Shown here piece by piece: positions 1 through 9,679 of a DNA stretch of 64,000 nt. Position numbers and translations under genes: made by a program. Every line of letters starts with the position of its first letter. Position 1 is the first letter of the stretch. Source of the stretch: Propionigenium maris DSM 9537. Lineage in GTDB: Bacteria; Fusobacteriota; Fusobacteriia; Fusobacteriales; Fusobacteriaceae. The stretch is from contig NZ_BSDY01000001.1 in the NCBI RefSeq assembly GCF_027925155.1, positions 58,822-122,821 on the forward strand, given 5' to 3'. The notes under the pieces were generated by a model. The model was not told the origin of the DNA and did not search any database. It saw nothing but the letters and a program-made list of their open reading frames with translations.

Positions 1-87
1 GATACTCTTTTCTATTGTTTTTACAATATCTGCAGGAACGCTTTCTTTAAACTGTTTGCTTATCTTTTTTAACTCATCTGCTAACAT
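1..87 (-). CDS. hypothetical protein, 5' part only (gene runs off the window edge)
   Basis: The reverse strand has GGAGGA then ATG at 85-87 and reads MLADELKKISKQFKESVPADIVKTIEKSI to the window edge. No family was recognised. Confidence 0.35.
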   Translation of the reverse strand, partial: MLADELKKISKQFKESVPADIVKTIEKSI

Positions 88-119
88 AATTCCTCCTTTT
101 TAATTTTTTAGTGGACTCT

Positions 120-749
120 CTATTTTGAGTTTAGAGCATCCGCTATTTGTTTTCCCAATAGTTCTGCTCTTCCCTTTGCTTCTTTATCCTTCTCAAAGGA
201 GTAGAAGACATCGTCGGTTATCTTAGCTCCCTCACCGTACAGGGCTATGAATGCACTGTGGTCACATGTTTCACCGTAGCCACACTTGTAACAGGATGCA
301 TTTCCTCCCACGGTCATGGACCCTGCCTCTACCATTCCAAAGCCACTATAAAATTGAGATAATTCATTCTCTACCGAGTTATTGTGAAACATTCCTCCTG
401 CTACAGTGGCAGCTATCTTTCCCTGGGTAAGCATATCTCTGTGATAGAGAGGGAATAGTCTCTCTAAGAAGGCCTTTGTGAGACCGGTCATCCCACCAAC
501 TCTGGCAGGGCTTCCAACCACGATGGCATCCGCTTCAACAACTTTATCCAAGATTCCGTTAATATCATCTTTTAATATACATCTATAAGTGCCAGCACAT
601 CTTGTACAGCCTATACACTGCTTCATATCCAGACTGTTTAATTGGATGAGCTCCCACTCATGTCCTGTGGATTTAAGTACGTGTTCCAAGGCTTTTTCTA
701 CTGTTCCTGATCTAACTGCACTTCCACTAAAACCGATTACTTTTGCCAT
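120..749 (-). CDS. iron-sulfur flavoprotein-like NADPH-dependent FMN reductase / flavodoxin-fold protein
   Basis: 209 aa. The N-terminus MAKVIGFSGS is flavodoxin-like. The compact Cys motif CIGCTRCAGTYRC (C-x2-C-x2-C-x5-C) is typical of Isf-type iron-sulfur flavoproteins. Confidence 0.65.
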   Translation of the reverse strand: MAKVIGFSGSAVRSGTVEKALEHVLKSTGHEWELIQLNSLDMKQCIGCTRCAGTYRCILKDDINGILDKVVEADAIVVGSPARVGGMTGLTKAFLERLFPLYHRDMLTQGKIAATVAGGMFHNNSVENELSQFYSGFGMVEAGSMTVGGNASCYKCGYGETCDHSAFIALYGEGAKITDDVFYSFEKDKEAKGRAELLGKQIADALNSK

Positions 750-786
750 TATTATCTCCGTCCTTACTATAGTTTATTATGTTTTT

Positions 787-1875
787 TTAGTTTTTCTGTT
801 CTCTTCTGATAAATATGCAGGTATTTCCATCTTCGTGGTAACACTGGTTACATGAGATACACTTGGACTTGGCTCTGTCGCCTTCTTCCCACCTGTTTAT
901 AAGATCACTCTCTCTAAGGAGGGGTCTGGAAAGAGAGAAGTACTCTATATCGGTTGTGTTAAGTAACTCTCCCATCACTTCCAGGGACTTATTTCCTCCA
1001 ACAAGGATAACGGGAACATCTACCTCTTCAGCAACCTTTGTACCATGAACTCTGTGGTAAGACTCCTTATCACTGGTGTGAATTTGGTTTCTCTGGGGAC
1101 CTAGCTCAGCATGTACTATCCCTCCTGTTATTTCAATGGCATCGATCCCCATCTTAGACAGCTCTCTGGTAACATAGCTGCTGTCTTCAAAGGTTAGTCC
1201 GCCTTCTATATAGTCGGAGGAGTTTATCTTGATGAGGATAGAGTAGCTCTCTCCTACCCTCCCTCTTATCTCCTCATATATTTCAAAGATGATTCTGGCT
1301 CTATTTTCTATACTTCCACCGTATTCATCCTTTCTTCTGTTGTGGTGGGGAGTTAGGAATTGGCTCAGCAGGTATCCGTGGGAGGCATGTAGCTGCACCC
1401 CGTCGAAACCTGCTTTCTTTGCTCTTACAGCGGTATCTCCAAAGGCCTTTATAAGCATCTGAATATCTTTCACGGTCATTTCCTTTGGGACTACTCCAGT
1501 TCCTATTTCAGGCACTGCTGAAGGTCCTAAGATCTCCCTATTTCCAGTATAGGTCCCCTGAGACCCACCGTAAGCCAATTGTGCTACGATCTTACTGTTA
1601 TATGAATGAACCATATCTGTTAACTTTTTATATCCATCTATATATGAGTCGTTCTCCAGACTCATGACATTCTCATAGGGTTTTTCCTCTGTAACCATAG
1701 TAATTCCGCTTAAGATTAGAGCTACTCCTCCAGAGGATAACTCTTTATATCTCTGCATAAGGTCCTCGGTCACATACCCCCTTTCATCTGCCATCTTATC
1801 CCAGGTAGATGACCTCACGAACCTGTTTTTCATCTGAATGCTGCCGATCTTGGTTTTATCAAATAATGTCTTCAT
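787..1875 (-). CDS. NADH:flavin oxidoreductase, Old Yellow Enzyme family, with a C-terminal Cys cluster
   Basis: 362 aa with a TIM-barrel OYE-like sequence (HASHGYLLSQFL, GFDGVQLH). The C-terminal CISCNQCY...C resembles the Fe-S motif of 2,4-dienoyl-CoA-reductase-type OYEs. Confidence 0.75.
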   Translation of the reverse strand: MKTLFDKTKIGSIQMKNRFVRSSTWDKMADERGYVTEDLMQRYKELSSGGVALILSGITMVTEEKPYENVMSLENDSYIDGYKKLTDMVHSYNSKIVAQLAYGGSQGTYTGNREILGPSAVPEIGTGVVPKEMTVKDIQMLIKAFGDTAVRAKKAGFDGVQLHASHGYLLSQFLTPHHNRRKDEYGGSIENRARIIFEIYEEIRGRVGESYSILIKINSSDYIEGGLTFEDSSYVTRELSKMGIDAIEITGGIVHAELGPQRNQIHTSDKESYHRVHGTKVAEEVDVPVILVGGNKSLEVMGELLNTTDIEYFSLSRPLLRESDLINRWEEGDRAKSKCISCNQCYHEDGNTCIFIRREQKN

Positions 1876-1933
1876 CTAAATACCTCATTTTTATTTTTCT
1901 GTCGCTTTATTTTCATATAAAAGGAGCTTATCT

Positions 1934-2932
1934 CTATAGGTAGGGGTCCTCCTTGGCAAGGTAGTTTTGAACATAGTCTCTGACTCCCTCCTCCAGTGTG
2001 TGGAAGCTTCCACTATAACCAGCTTTTATCACCTTAGCCATAGGAGCCTCTGAGAAGTATTGATATCTTCCTCTGAGGTCCTCCGGCATGGGAGTAAACT
2101 CTATTACGTCCTCTCCCTGGATATCATAGTTGCTGTCTCCTGCTCTTACAGTATTTAGTGCCAGTTCATAGAAACCTCTGCACCTGCCAGTTCCCATATT
2201 GTATACTCCAGATTTCATAGGGGTATCCAGGAAGAACTTCATTATATTTACTACGTCCTTGATATAGATAAAATCTCTCAGCTGCCAGCCATCCTCGAAC
2301 CCCTCCTTGTGGGAGGTAAAGAGTTTTACTCCTCCCTCCTTTCTATACTGGTTGTAGGAGTGGAATACCATGGAAGCCATCCTTCCTTTGTGGTATTCTT
2401 GGGGTCCATATACATTGAAGAACTTTATTCCTATCCATTCCTTGGGAGATCTCTCCTGCTTAAATGCCCAGTCATCGAATATCTTTTTAGAGTAGCCGTA
2501 TTTATTTAATGGCATTAATTTTTTTAGTTCCTCTGCACCTACCTCATCCTTGTAACCAAACTCCCCCATTCCATAGGTTGCCGCTGAGGAGGCATAGATA
2601 TACTTTATGTTTTTTTCTGTACAGAAACCCCAGAGTTTTTTGGAAAACTCATAGTTGTTTTTCATGAGGAAGTCCCCATCCCTTTCCGTTGTAGCTGAGC
2701 ATGCTCCCATATGCACCACTGCTGTTATCTTATCTCCATTTGCAGGAACTGCCAGCCACTGAAGGAGGTCATCCCTGTCTACCCAGTCGGCATACTCTCT
2801 CTTTCTCAGGTTAAGCCACTTATTCCCGTCTCTTAATTTGTCCGATGCTATTATGTTGCCGATTCCCTCCTCATTAAGTTTCCATATGAGGGCACTTCCA
2901 ATAAATCCTGCTGCACCTGTTATCAGTATCAT
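1934..2932 (-). CDS. hldD: ADP-L-glycero-D-manno-heptose 6-epimerase
   Basis: 332 aa. The N-terminus MILITGAAGFIGSALIWKLNE, together with ASSAATYG, FFNVYGP..HKGRMAS and NMGTGR, is collinear with E. coli HldD/RfaD. Confidence 0.85.
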   Translation of the reverse strand: MILITGAAGFIGSALIWKLNEEGIGNIIASDKLRDGNKWLNLRKREYADWVDRDDLLQWLAVPANGDKITAVVHMGACSATTERDGDFLMKNNYEFSKKLWGFCTEKNIKYIYASSAATYGMGEFGYKDEVGAEELKKLMPLNKYGYSKKIFDDWAFKQERSPKEWIGIKFFNVYGPQEYHKGRMASMVFHSYNQYRKEGGVKLFTSHKEGFEDGWQLRDFIYIKDVVNIMKFFLDTPMKSGVYNMGTGRCRGFYELALNTVRAGDSNYDIQGEDVIEFTPMPEDLRGRYQYFSEAPMAKVIKAGYSGSFHTLEEGVRDYVQNYLAKEDPYL

Positions 2933-2956
2933 CTTTGATCTCCTCCATTTAATTCT

Positions 2957-3505
2957 TTATCTTTCAGGGGTGAAGGCTCTTTTTTTTGTTTCCTTTTCAT
3001 AGGACATGCCATCTTCATAGGAAACAAGTTCAAAGTACATTCCCCAGGGAGACATAAAGTATACCCAGGTCATTCCTGCATTGGCTCCCTCTGTCATAAG
3101 TGTAGGTTCCCCCAATATTTCAACACCCCTGCTTTTTAAATATTCCACTGCTTTTTCCATATCATCCACATAGAGAGCAATATGCCTTCCTCCCCAGTCG
3201 CTGTTTTTGGGCATCCTTTTCTCCTGATCTGGAGCTCTGAACTCAAATATCTCAAAGTTGGATCCATTTCCGCACCTTACCATGGCTGCCTTGGGAATTA
3301 CTGTTCTTGGGTCTACATCCAGGTGCTCCTTCATCCAGTTGTCCTCAGATTCAAAGGGACCTATCTCATAGACAACCTCTGCCCCTATTATATCCTCAAA
3401 GAACTCTACAGCTTCCCTGAGATCTGGAACGGTAAATCCAAAATGATCTGCCCCTCTGTTTCCAGGTATTCCCCTTCTATTCATCGTTTCCCTCCTTAAA
3501 CACAT
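2957..3505 (-). CDS. VOC (glyoxalase / extradiol dioxygenase-like) family protein
   Basis: 182 aa. HFGFTVPDL...AVEFF and a second half with HIALYVDDMEKAVEYL show the paired beta-alpha-beta-beta-beta modules of the VOC fold. Confidence 0.55.
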   Translation of the reverse strand: MCLRRETMNRRGIPGNRGADHFGFTVPDLREAVEFFEDIIGAEVVYEIGPFESEDNWMKEHLDVDPRTVIPKAAMVRCGNGSNFEIFEFRAPDQEKRMPKNSDWGGRHIALYVDDMEKAVEYLKSRGVEILGEPTLMTEGANAGMTWVYFMSPWGMYFELVSYEDGMSYEKETKKRAFTPER

Positions 3506-3523
3506 TTAAAATAGATCAATACT

Positions 3524-4162
3524 TCATTTATTTCTCTGGATATAGTTGTAGCTGTCGTCTTCCCTGTTTCTCTTACCCTTGTATTTATCAGAATAATCAC
3601 CGCCCCATATTGCAGTAGCATCCTGATTCTGATTCCAGTCAAATATAGTGGATCTGTGCATTATCTTCCACTCTCCATCTCTCTTTTCAAACCTGAAGAG
3701 GTGTCTTCCTCCGAGGATACCCTCCTTGTCTACTCCATCCTCCTCGTGAACATGGTATGCCCACACATAGGCTTCAGCAGTGGCCCTATCTCCGTCTACC
3801 TCTATAAGAGGGTTGCTGATTCTGTGCTGAGTATATTTGAGAGATTCAAATCCCTTCATGGCAATGGGCACGAACTTATGACCGTTATCATCATATTTAA
3901 ATACAGGGAAAAGTGGGTCTTGGTGTTCTTCTGTTCCTTCAGGCCAATAAGTAGATTTCATAAGATCAGCATCCATCCTATCCAGTGACCTTGCATACTT
4001 ATAGATAACCTCTGTGATATCCTGCTTGTCGATTACTTCCATCATTCTTTCCTCTAAATTTTTCTTTGTCATTCTTTCTCCTCCTGCAAATGTAGTTGTA
4101 GCTGCTGATAGTGCTATAAGTGCTCCTATTAATATTCTTTTCATATCTATTTTCTCCTCCAC
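3524..4162 (-). CDS. secreted NTF2/SnoaL-like fold protein
   Basis: 212 aa. It has a signal peptide (MKRILIGALIALSAATTTFA) and a SnoaL-like polyketide-cyclase-type fold, by composition and size only. Confidence 0.45.
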   Translation of the reverse strand: MEEKIDMKRILIGALIALSAATTTFAGGERMTKKNLEERMMEVIDKQDITEVIYKYARSLDRMDADLMKSTYWPEGTEEHQDPLFPVFKYDDNGHKFVPIAMKGFESLKYTQHRISNPLIEVDGDRATAEAYVWAYHVHEEDGVDKEGILGGRHLFRFEKRDGEWKIMHRSTIFDWNQNQDATAIWGGDYSDKYKGKRNREDDSYNYIQRNK

Positions 4163-4470
4163 TCTTGTAGTGTGTTTAATACAGAAAATGTTCTTGGAGT
4201 TTCAAGCATTTCAGGGAGTATCTTTTCATATTTTTTTCTGTACTCCTTGGCATTGAGCTGGTTCTCTATAAAGGCTTCCATGGAAGGTTCTGACCACCTC
4301 TCATAGAGGGTAAACTTATTTGGTTCTTGGGCATCCTGGTGCATGTAGCAGAGTATAAAGGTATCCTCCTCAGGCATATGATCGATAACCTCTCTGGCAG
4401 CCCTCTTCCACTTCTTTACAAACTCCTCCTTGACATGGAAATTGACATAAAAAGCTAGTTCCTTTGACAC
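4147..4470 (-). CDS. ABM (antibiotic biosynthesis monooxygenase)-like small protein
   Basis: 107 aa. It overlaps the downstream gene by 16 nt. The ferredoxin-like ABM-fold pattern is weak. Confidence 0.4.
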   Translation of the reverse strand: MSKELAFYVNFHVKEEFVKKWKRAAREVIDHMPEEDTFILCYMHQDAQEPNKFTLYERWSEPSMEAFIENQLNAKEYRKKYEKILPEMLETPRTFSVLNTLQEWRRK

Positions 4471-4636
4471 AATAATCCTCCTTTATAATATTTCTTTTCA
4501 GTAACAATCTGCGGTACTATAATTAAAGATCTTTCAGAACTCTGAATACCCTCTACTAAAAAAAGACTAACACCCCCGAAGGAAGTTTACTGTCCTAATT
4601 AAGACAAGAGAACTTGATCTTTAATTTACACCCGGA

Positions 4637-4665
4637 CTAAAATATGACCGGTCGTCATATTTTAG
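4637..4665. promoter_or_regulatory. operator-like palindrome CTAAAATATGAC-cggtc-GTCATATTTTAG
   Basis: A perfect 12-bp inverted repeat around a 5-bp spacer lies in the divergent intergenic region between the ABM-like gene and the MBL-fold gene. Confidence 0.5.
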
Positions 4666-4746
4666 TTGAAAATAAAAAGACTAAAAAAGAACTTCAGATT
4701 GAGAAGTAGATCTTTTTTGTCTTTGTGATTCCTTATGCCGTAATTA

Positions 4747-4763
4747 TATGACCAGTCGTCATA
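4747..4763. promoter_or_regulatory. second copy of the TATGAC-N5-GTCATA palindrome
   Basis: TATGACcagtcGTCATA lies about 100 bp downstream of the first copy and about 150 bp upstream of the MBL-fold gene start. Confidence 0.45.
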
Positions 4764-4910
4764 AAAGTCAAGATTTATTTACAGATGAAATCTCAAAATA
4801 AATGTGTTAAACTCTTCTCAGAGGTTATGTTTAAAGGGGAGATGCCTTTTTAATTAGGGTGTTTTAGGGAGAAAAAAGAGGTTAGATCTATAGAAATAAT
4901 CTAGGATAAG

Positions 4911-5711
4911 TTGGAGGAAGCTATGAAGATCATTCCATTGATAGAAAATAGCAGAGTTAATAACTACCATTCAGAGAGGGGACTGAGCCTCTATATAGAA
5001 ACGGAAAATAGGAAGATAATCTTTGATACCGGTAAATCGGAGAAGTTTCTTGAAAATATGAAAAAACTTCATATAGATATATCTGAGATTGATTATTTCA
5101 TTATCTCCCACGGCCACAGGGACCATATGGGTGGTCTCCTATATCTATTGGAATTAGGGATAGACCCCCAGAGGGTTATCCTGGAGGGAGGGGCATTAAA
5201 CAGCTTTTCCTTTAAGTTGCTTTTTAAGAAAGAGATAGGACTTACAAAGGAGGAGCTGAAGAGGTTAGAGGGAGTGAGGAAAGTAGAGGTAGCTGGGATC
5301 TATAGGTTGGAGGAAAATATGTATCTAGTTTCTCCTGGTGGTGAAGCTTCTTCCCTCTACTATAGAAACGATAAACCAGATGATTTCACCCATGAGATCT
5401 CCCTGGTTGTTGTAGAGGATGATAAATTAAACATAGTTGTAGGGTGCTGCCACTTTGGGTTGGAGAGGCTGGTGGAGTTTGTGGAGAAACAGTTTAAGGA
5501 TAGGGAGATCAACTCAATAACCGGGGGTCTTCATACAAGAAGCCTGTCCCTTAATCCCATTGCCACTATGAAGTTTATCTTATTCCTTAAGAGGAGCAGG
5601 GTGAGAGGGTACTATCTGGGACACTGTACCGGCAGGGGGACGATACTTTTATTGAAGAGGTTTATAGATGGGGTAAACAGGATATCTATAGGGAAGAAGT
5701 ATGATATCTAG
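4911..5711 (+). CDS. MBL-fold metallo-hydrolase
   Basis: 266 aa with an HGHRDHMGG (HxHxDH) zinc-binding motif and an RBS GGAGGAAG upstream. Confidence 0.75.
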   Translation: MEEAMKIIPLIENSRVNNYHSERGLSLYIETENRKIIFDTGKSEKFLENMKKLHIDISEIDYFIISHGHRDHMGGLLYLLELGIDPQRVILEGGALNSFSFKLLFKKEIGLTKEELKRLEGVRKVEVAGIYRLEENMYLVSPGGEASSLYYRNDKPDDFTHEISLVVVEDDKLNIVVGCCHFGLERLVEFVEKQFKDREINSITGGLHTRSLSLNPIATMKFILFLKRSRVRGYYLGHCTGRGTILLLKRFIDGVNRISIGKKYDI

Positions 5712-5798
5712 AGACTCATAGATAAGGTAAAAAAAGGAGGAACTTCTCATCTGAGAGCTCTTCCTTTTTTCTGTGTAAAACCTTATATCTTTAAGGCC

Positions 5799-6380
5799 TC
5801 AATTATGAATCCACCTTATGGAGATGGAGATCCAGCTGTGGAAGTTGGTCACTTCAGTGGAGGTTATTATATTATTGGGGATGATAACTCTCTTGCTGTC
5901 TATGGTATTTAGCTCGGTGGAGAACATATTTATCTCATGTACCGATCCCATCTTATCATTACCTCTATAAAGTTTCCCTTGGAGTAGGGCCTGAAGAGAA
6001 GGATAACTATTCTCCCTGCAAAGTTGACAGACCATCCTTTAAGGCAAAACCTATTCCCACTCTAGTAGCTCCTAGGATGACCACGATGGAACCCTGGGAC
6101 ACCCAAAGGTAGAACAGATTAACATAACCAGGATAAAATAGAGAACTACCTTGAGCCAGGATTTTGAAAAATGATAGATACCGGAATCAATTTTGAATTT
6201 GTTGTGTATCCTGTCAAAGAGGTTAAGGAGGTGTTCAATTAACCTTTTTCCCAGATAAAAGATGAGGCAGGAGATAATAGTTCTTATTATAAGGGTAATT
6301 CCAATAGCTATTAACCTTTCCAGTGGGGAATCTCCCAGCTGATTGAAGAGGGTATAATAGATAGTTCCCCTCTCAAATAG
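5799..6380 (-). pseudogene. MscS-family mechanosensitive channel pseudogene, frameshifted and C-terminally truncated
   Basis: Reverse-strand pieces in three frames line up in order with MscS. These are the TM helices (RLIAIGITLIIRTIISCLIFYLGKRLIEHLL...), the pore helix (VILGATRVGIGFALKDGLS) and the beta domain (GSVHEINMFSTELNTIDSKRVIIPNNIITSTEVTNFHS). No start codon survives, and the last ~100 aa are missing where the MBL gene now lies. Confidence 0.6.
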
Positions 6381-6381
6381 A

Positions 6382-7896
6382 TTATTCGCAGCAAGCCTTC
6401 ATCTTTTTTATGGAAGAGAGCTCATTCTGACCCCCTGCCTCCATTTGCTTTACAGCATCTAAGATATAATCCTCCACTATTTGAGGATTTTCAGCCAGGA
6501 CATATAGTTCATCCCCTTGGTTTATTATGGTGTCTCCCTTGGGAAGGATCTTTTTTCCTCCCCTGTCTATGAGGATCAAAAGGATATCCTTTGGGAGGTT
6601 TATCTCCTTTATCTGCTTTCCTACAACAACTCCCTTGGGCTGTACCTTGACCTTTGTAAGGGTTTCCTCAAAATATTCAAAGTTTTCCAGATCCCCCCTT
6701 TCAAAGTAACGAGGAGATGTATCTCTGAGCCCCAGATACCTTGAAGCAAAGGGAAGGGACATTCCCTGTAGGATAACTGAGAGGACTACCACGAAGAAAA
6801 CCAGGTTAAAGATGAGTTCTGCATTTTCCACACCCTCTACCAGAGGAAATGTGGCAAAGACTATGGGAACAGCTCCCTTGAGTCCTCCCCAGGAGATAAA
6901 CAGCTTCTCCTCCCTTTTAAGGTTACTTTTAAAGAGGGTGATAAAAACGCTGTGAGGCCTGGCCAGGAAGATGAGGATTATAGCTACCCCTACTCCTACC
7001 TTCCATATCTCCAGAAGCCTGCTGGGAAATACAAGAAGACCCAGCATAACAAACATTCCCACCTCAACCATCCATGAAATGGAACCAAAGAAACGCTTCA
7101 TATTTCTTCTGAAGATGAGGGGGGAATCCCCAAGAGTAATCCCCAGAAGAAATATAGCCATAAAACCATTCCCACTGAGAAGGTTTGTAGCTCCATAGGT
7201 CAGTAGAATAAATCCAAAGATGATTATCTGATGGAGCTCCTGAAGCCTTATCTCATACTTTTGGATGATCATTATGGCGATCTTGGCCATTATAATACCC
7301 ATTACGATACCTATTACTATCTGACCTGCTAAAAATAAGAGGCCATTTATCAGGTCAAACTTACCGGCCCTTATAATACTTAAAAGGATGATAATAATGA
7401 CATTGGCCATGGGATCATTGGTTCCCGACTCCAGCTTTAATATTCCTCCCACCTTCTTTTTGATGTCTAGCTTTCCAAAGGAAAGGATGGACATCACAGC
7501 TGAAGCATCTGTAGAGGATACAATAGCTCCAAAGAGAAGAGAGCCTGTAAAGTTAAAGGGGGTAAAGAAGTAGACTGGAAGGGCTACCAGCAGGGTGTTT
7601 AAAAGAACCCCCACAAAGGCCAGAGCCAGCCCCTCTTTTTTTACAGGAGAGATATCCCTTATATCTGTATTATAGGCACCTGAAAACAGGATTAAGGAAA
7701 GGGCAATATTTCCCAAAAACTGTGCAAGGGCGGCGTTATCAAATTCAATCCCACCAATCCCTTCAGACCCTGCAAGCATTCCCACTCCCAGATATATAAT
7801 TAGAGTTGGAATGTTAAACTTCTTAGAGAGTTTAAGAGAGAAAATATTGGAAAATATTAATAGTGATAGGATTATACATACTTTATCGATGGACAT
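6382..7896 (-). CDS. CPA1-family monovalent cation:proton antiporter with C-terminal TrkA-C (RCK_C) domain
   Basis: 504 aa. It is polytopic with about 12 TM helices, carries a C-terminal GDELYVLAENPQ-type RCK_C domain and is NhaP2/CvrA-like. Confidence 0.75.
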   Translation of the reverse strand: MSIDKVCIILSLLIFSNIFSLKLSKKFNIPTLIIYLGVGMLAGSEGIGGIEFDNAALAQFLGNIALSLILFSGAYNTDIRDISPVKKEGLALAFVGVLLNTLLVALPVYFFTPFNFTGSLLFGAIVSSTDASAVMSILSFGKLDIKKKVGGILKLESGTNDPMANVIIIILLSIIRAGKFDLINGLLFLAGQIVIGIVMGIIMAKIAIMIIQKYEIRLQELHQIIIFGFILLTYGATNLLSGNGFMAIFLLGITLGDSPLIFRRNMKRFFGSISWMVEVGMFVMLGLLVFPSRLLEIWKVGVGVAIILIFLARPHSVFITLFKSNLKREEKLFISWGGLKGAVPIVFATFPLVEGVENAELIFNLVFFVVVLSVILQGMSLPFASRYLGLRDTSPRYFERGDLENFEYFEETLTKVKVQPKGVVVGKQIKEINLPKDILLILIDRGGKKILPKGDTIINQGDELYVLAENPQIVEDYILDAVKQMEAGGQNELSSIKKMKACCE

Positions 7897-8347
7897 AGTT
7901 TCACCTCGGTATTAAAATTTTTAAGGGTGTAATCAGGAGTAGCCTTTAATTGAATACATTGGAGAGTTTAACTCTATACTCAAGGAAGGTTATTCATAAA
8001 TTTTGCTGTACAGGAAGATAGTTAATTTCATCTGTAAATTTAATTCCTTTAATTACAGAGTAATTTTATCAACTATGAAATTAACAGGCGTTGATATTAT
8101 CAATATAAATTTAAATCTCCTCTGGGAGGGGCTGAGGATCCCTACTAAGTTATATAGGTGACAATCCTCAGGGAAAGGTATGGCTGAGGTGTCCATTATA
8201 GGATAGGCTTTATTATTTAACTGTGTGTTGTATTTCCACATGACCTAAAGTTTTAAGGAATATCTTTAAAATAAGATAGCTTTTTTTTCTCCTTTAAGAT
8301 AAAATATCTAGATGTAAAAATAACAATCTAGGGAGTAAATAACAATT

Positions 8348-9679
8348 ATGAAGGACAACAACGATAAGAGCTTGCTGGCTCTGACAGTACCGATATTTTT
8401 TGAGCTGCTGCTGGTAACTATAGTGGGAAATATCGACATAATCATGCTTGGAAAGTACAGCGACCAGGCAGTGGGAGCAGTGGGAGGAATCAGCCAGGTT
8501 CTCCTTATGCAGAATGTAATATTCAGCTTTATATGTCTGGGGACGACTATCCTTACCTCACAGTATATAGGGGCTAGGAAGAAGAGGGAGATAAAGGACG
8601 TAATAGGGGTATCCCTTGTGATGAACCTTATAATAGCTTTGATTATAGGGGGAATCTATGTAGCGGGAACCAGCTTCATCTTTAAGGAGATAAACCTTCC
8701 AATGCAGCTGGCTGATATAGGAAGAAACTACTTTAAACTTGTTGGGGGACTCTGTGTATTCCAAGCTCTGACCCTCACCTGCGGAGCAGCTATGAAAGCC
8801 CACGGGAACACCAAGGAGGTCCTCTATATCAACCTTGGAGTAAATACCCTGAATATCATTGGGAACGGAATGTTTATCTTCGGATGGCTGGGAGCACCCA
8901 TCCTTGGGGTAACGGGAGTGGGACTTTCCACAGTAACCTCCAGAGCCATTGGGTGTATAGTGGCTTACAGGGTCATGTGTAGGTATTGCAACTTTAAATT
9001 TGATGTAAAAAGGATAGTAAGGTTTCCGGTGAAGATACTTAAGAATATCCTTACCATAGGGATCCCCACAGCGGGAGAGCACCTGTGTTGGTCGGTGGCA
9101 CAAATGATAATCCTTTCCTTTGTGAACACCATGGGGGAGGACACCATAACGGCGAGAACCTACCTTACCCTCATAGCTTCATTTATCATGACCTTCTCCA
9201 TAGCTCTGGGACACGGAACAGCTATTCAGGTGGGGAGGATGGTAGGAGCAGGAGAGAAGGAGAGGGTTTACCACAAGTGTCTTAAGAGTACGGCTATCTC
9301 CTTTGTGGCAGCCACTCTGGTTTCTGTAATGGTAGTGCTGGGTAAAAGTCAGATAATGGGGATCTTTACAACAGATGAGAATATCCTCTCCATAGCCTAT
9401 GTGGTATTTATCTGGTTCCTCTTTATAGAGTCGGGAAGAACATTCAATATTGTAATAATAAGTTCCCTCCATGCAGCGGGGGATATAAAGTTCCCTGCAG
9501 TGATGGCAATGGCTTCTATGCTGGGAGTAGCAGTGCCTCTCTCATGGTTCCTGGGGATAAAGCTGGGATACGGCCTTATCGGTATATGGATAGCCAATGG
9601 TATAGATGAGTGGATAAGAGGGTTCGCTATGCTTCTCAGATGGAGGGGTAGAAAGTGGATGGAAAAGGGATTTGTATAA
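8348..9679 (+). CDS. MATE family efflux transporter
   Basis: 443 aa with 12 TM helices and the MATE signature layout. It is a paralog of the gene at 54110..55519. Confidence 0.85.
   Translation: MKDNNDKSLLALTVPIFFELLLVTIVGNIDIIMLGKYSDQAVGAVGGISQVLLMQNVIFSFICLGTTILTSQYIGARKKREIKDVIGVSLVMNLIIALIIGGIYVAGTSFIFKEINLPMQLADIGRNYFKLVGGLCVFQALTLTCGAAMKAHGNTKEVLYINLGVNTLNIIGNGMFIFGWLGAPILGVTGVGLSTVTSRAIGCIVAYRVMCRYCNFKFDVKRIVRFPVKILKNILTIGIPTAGEHLCWSVAQMIILSFVNTMGEDTITARTYLTLIASFIMTFSIALGHGTAIQVGRMVGAGEKERVYHKCLKSTAISFVAATLVSVMVVLGKSQIMGIFTTDENILSIAYVVFIWFLFIESGRTFNIVIISSLHAAGDIKFPAVMAMASMLGVAVPLSWFLGIKLGYGLIGIWIANGIDEWIRGFAMLLRWRGRKWMEKGFV

Noticed and set aside
1095-1115. The tRNA-like string CCTAGCTCAGC matches the D-loop TAGCTCAG motif.
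   Set aside because: It is embedded in the OYE coding sequence with no acceptor-stem or T-arm complement. It is not a tRNA.
5737-5775. A possible terminator hairpin follows the MBL-fold gene (GGAGGAACTTCTCATCTGAGAGCTCTTCCTTTTTT).
   Set aside because: The stem pairing is poor and relies mostly on the palindromic GAGCTC core. The T-run is present but the hairpin is unconvincing.
8558-9597. Several reverse-strand ORFs from the ORF track (8558..9103, 8965..9147, 9179..9472, 9397..9597) lie inside the first MATE gene.
   Set aside because: They are fully embedded antisense to a well-supported 12-TM transporter gene, have no RBS and show odd composition. They are treated as spurious.
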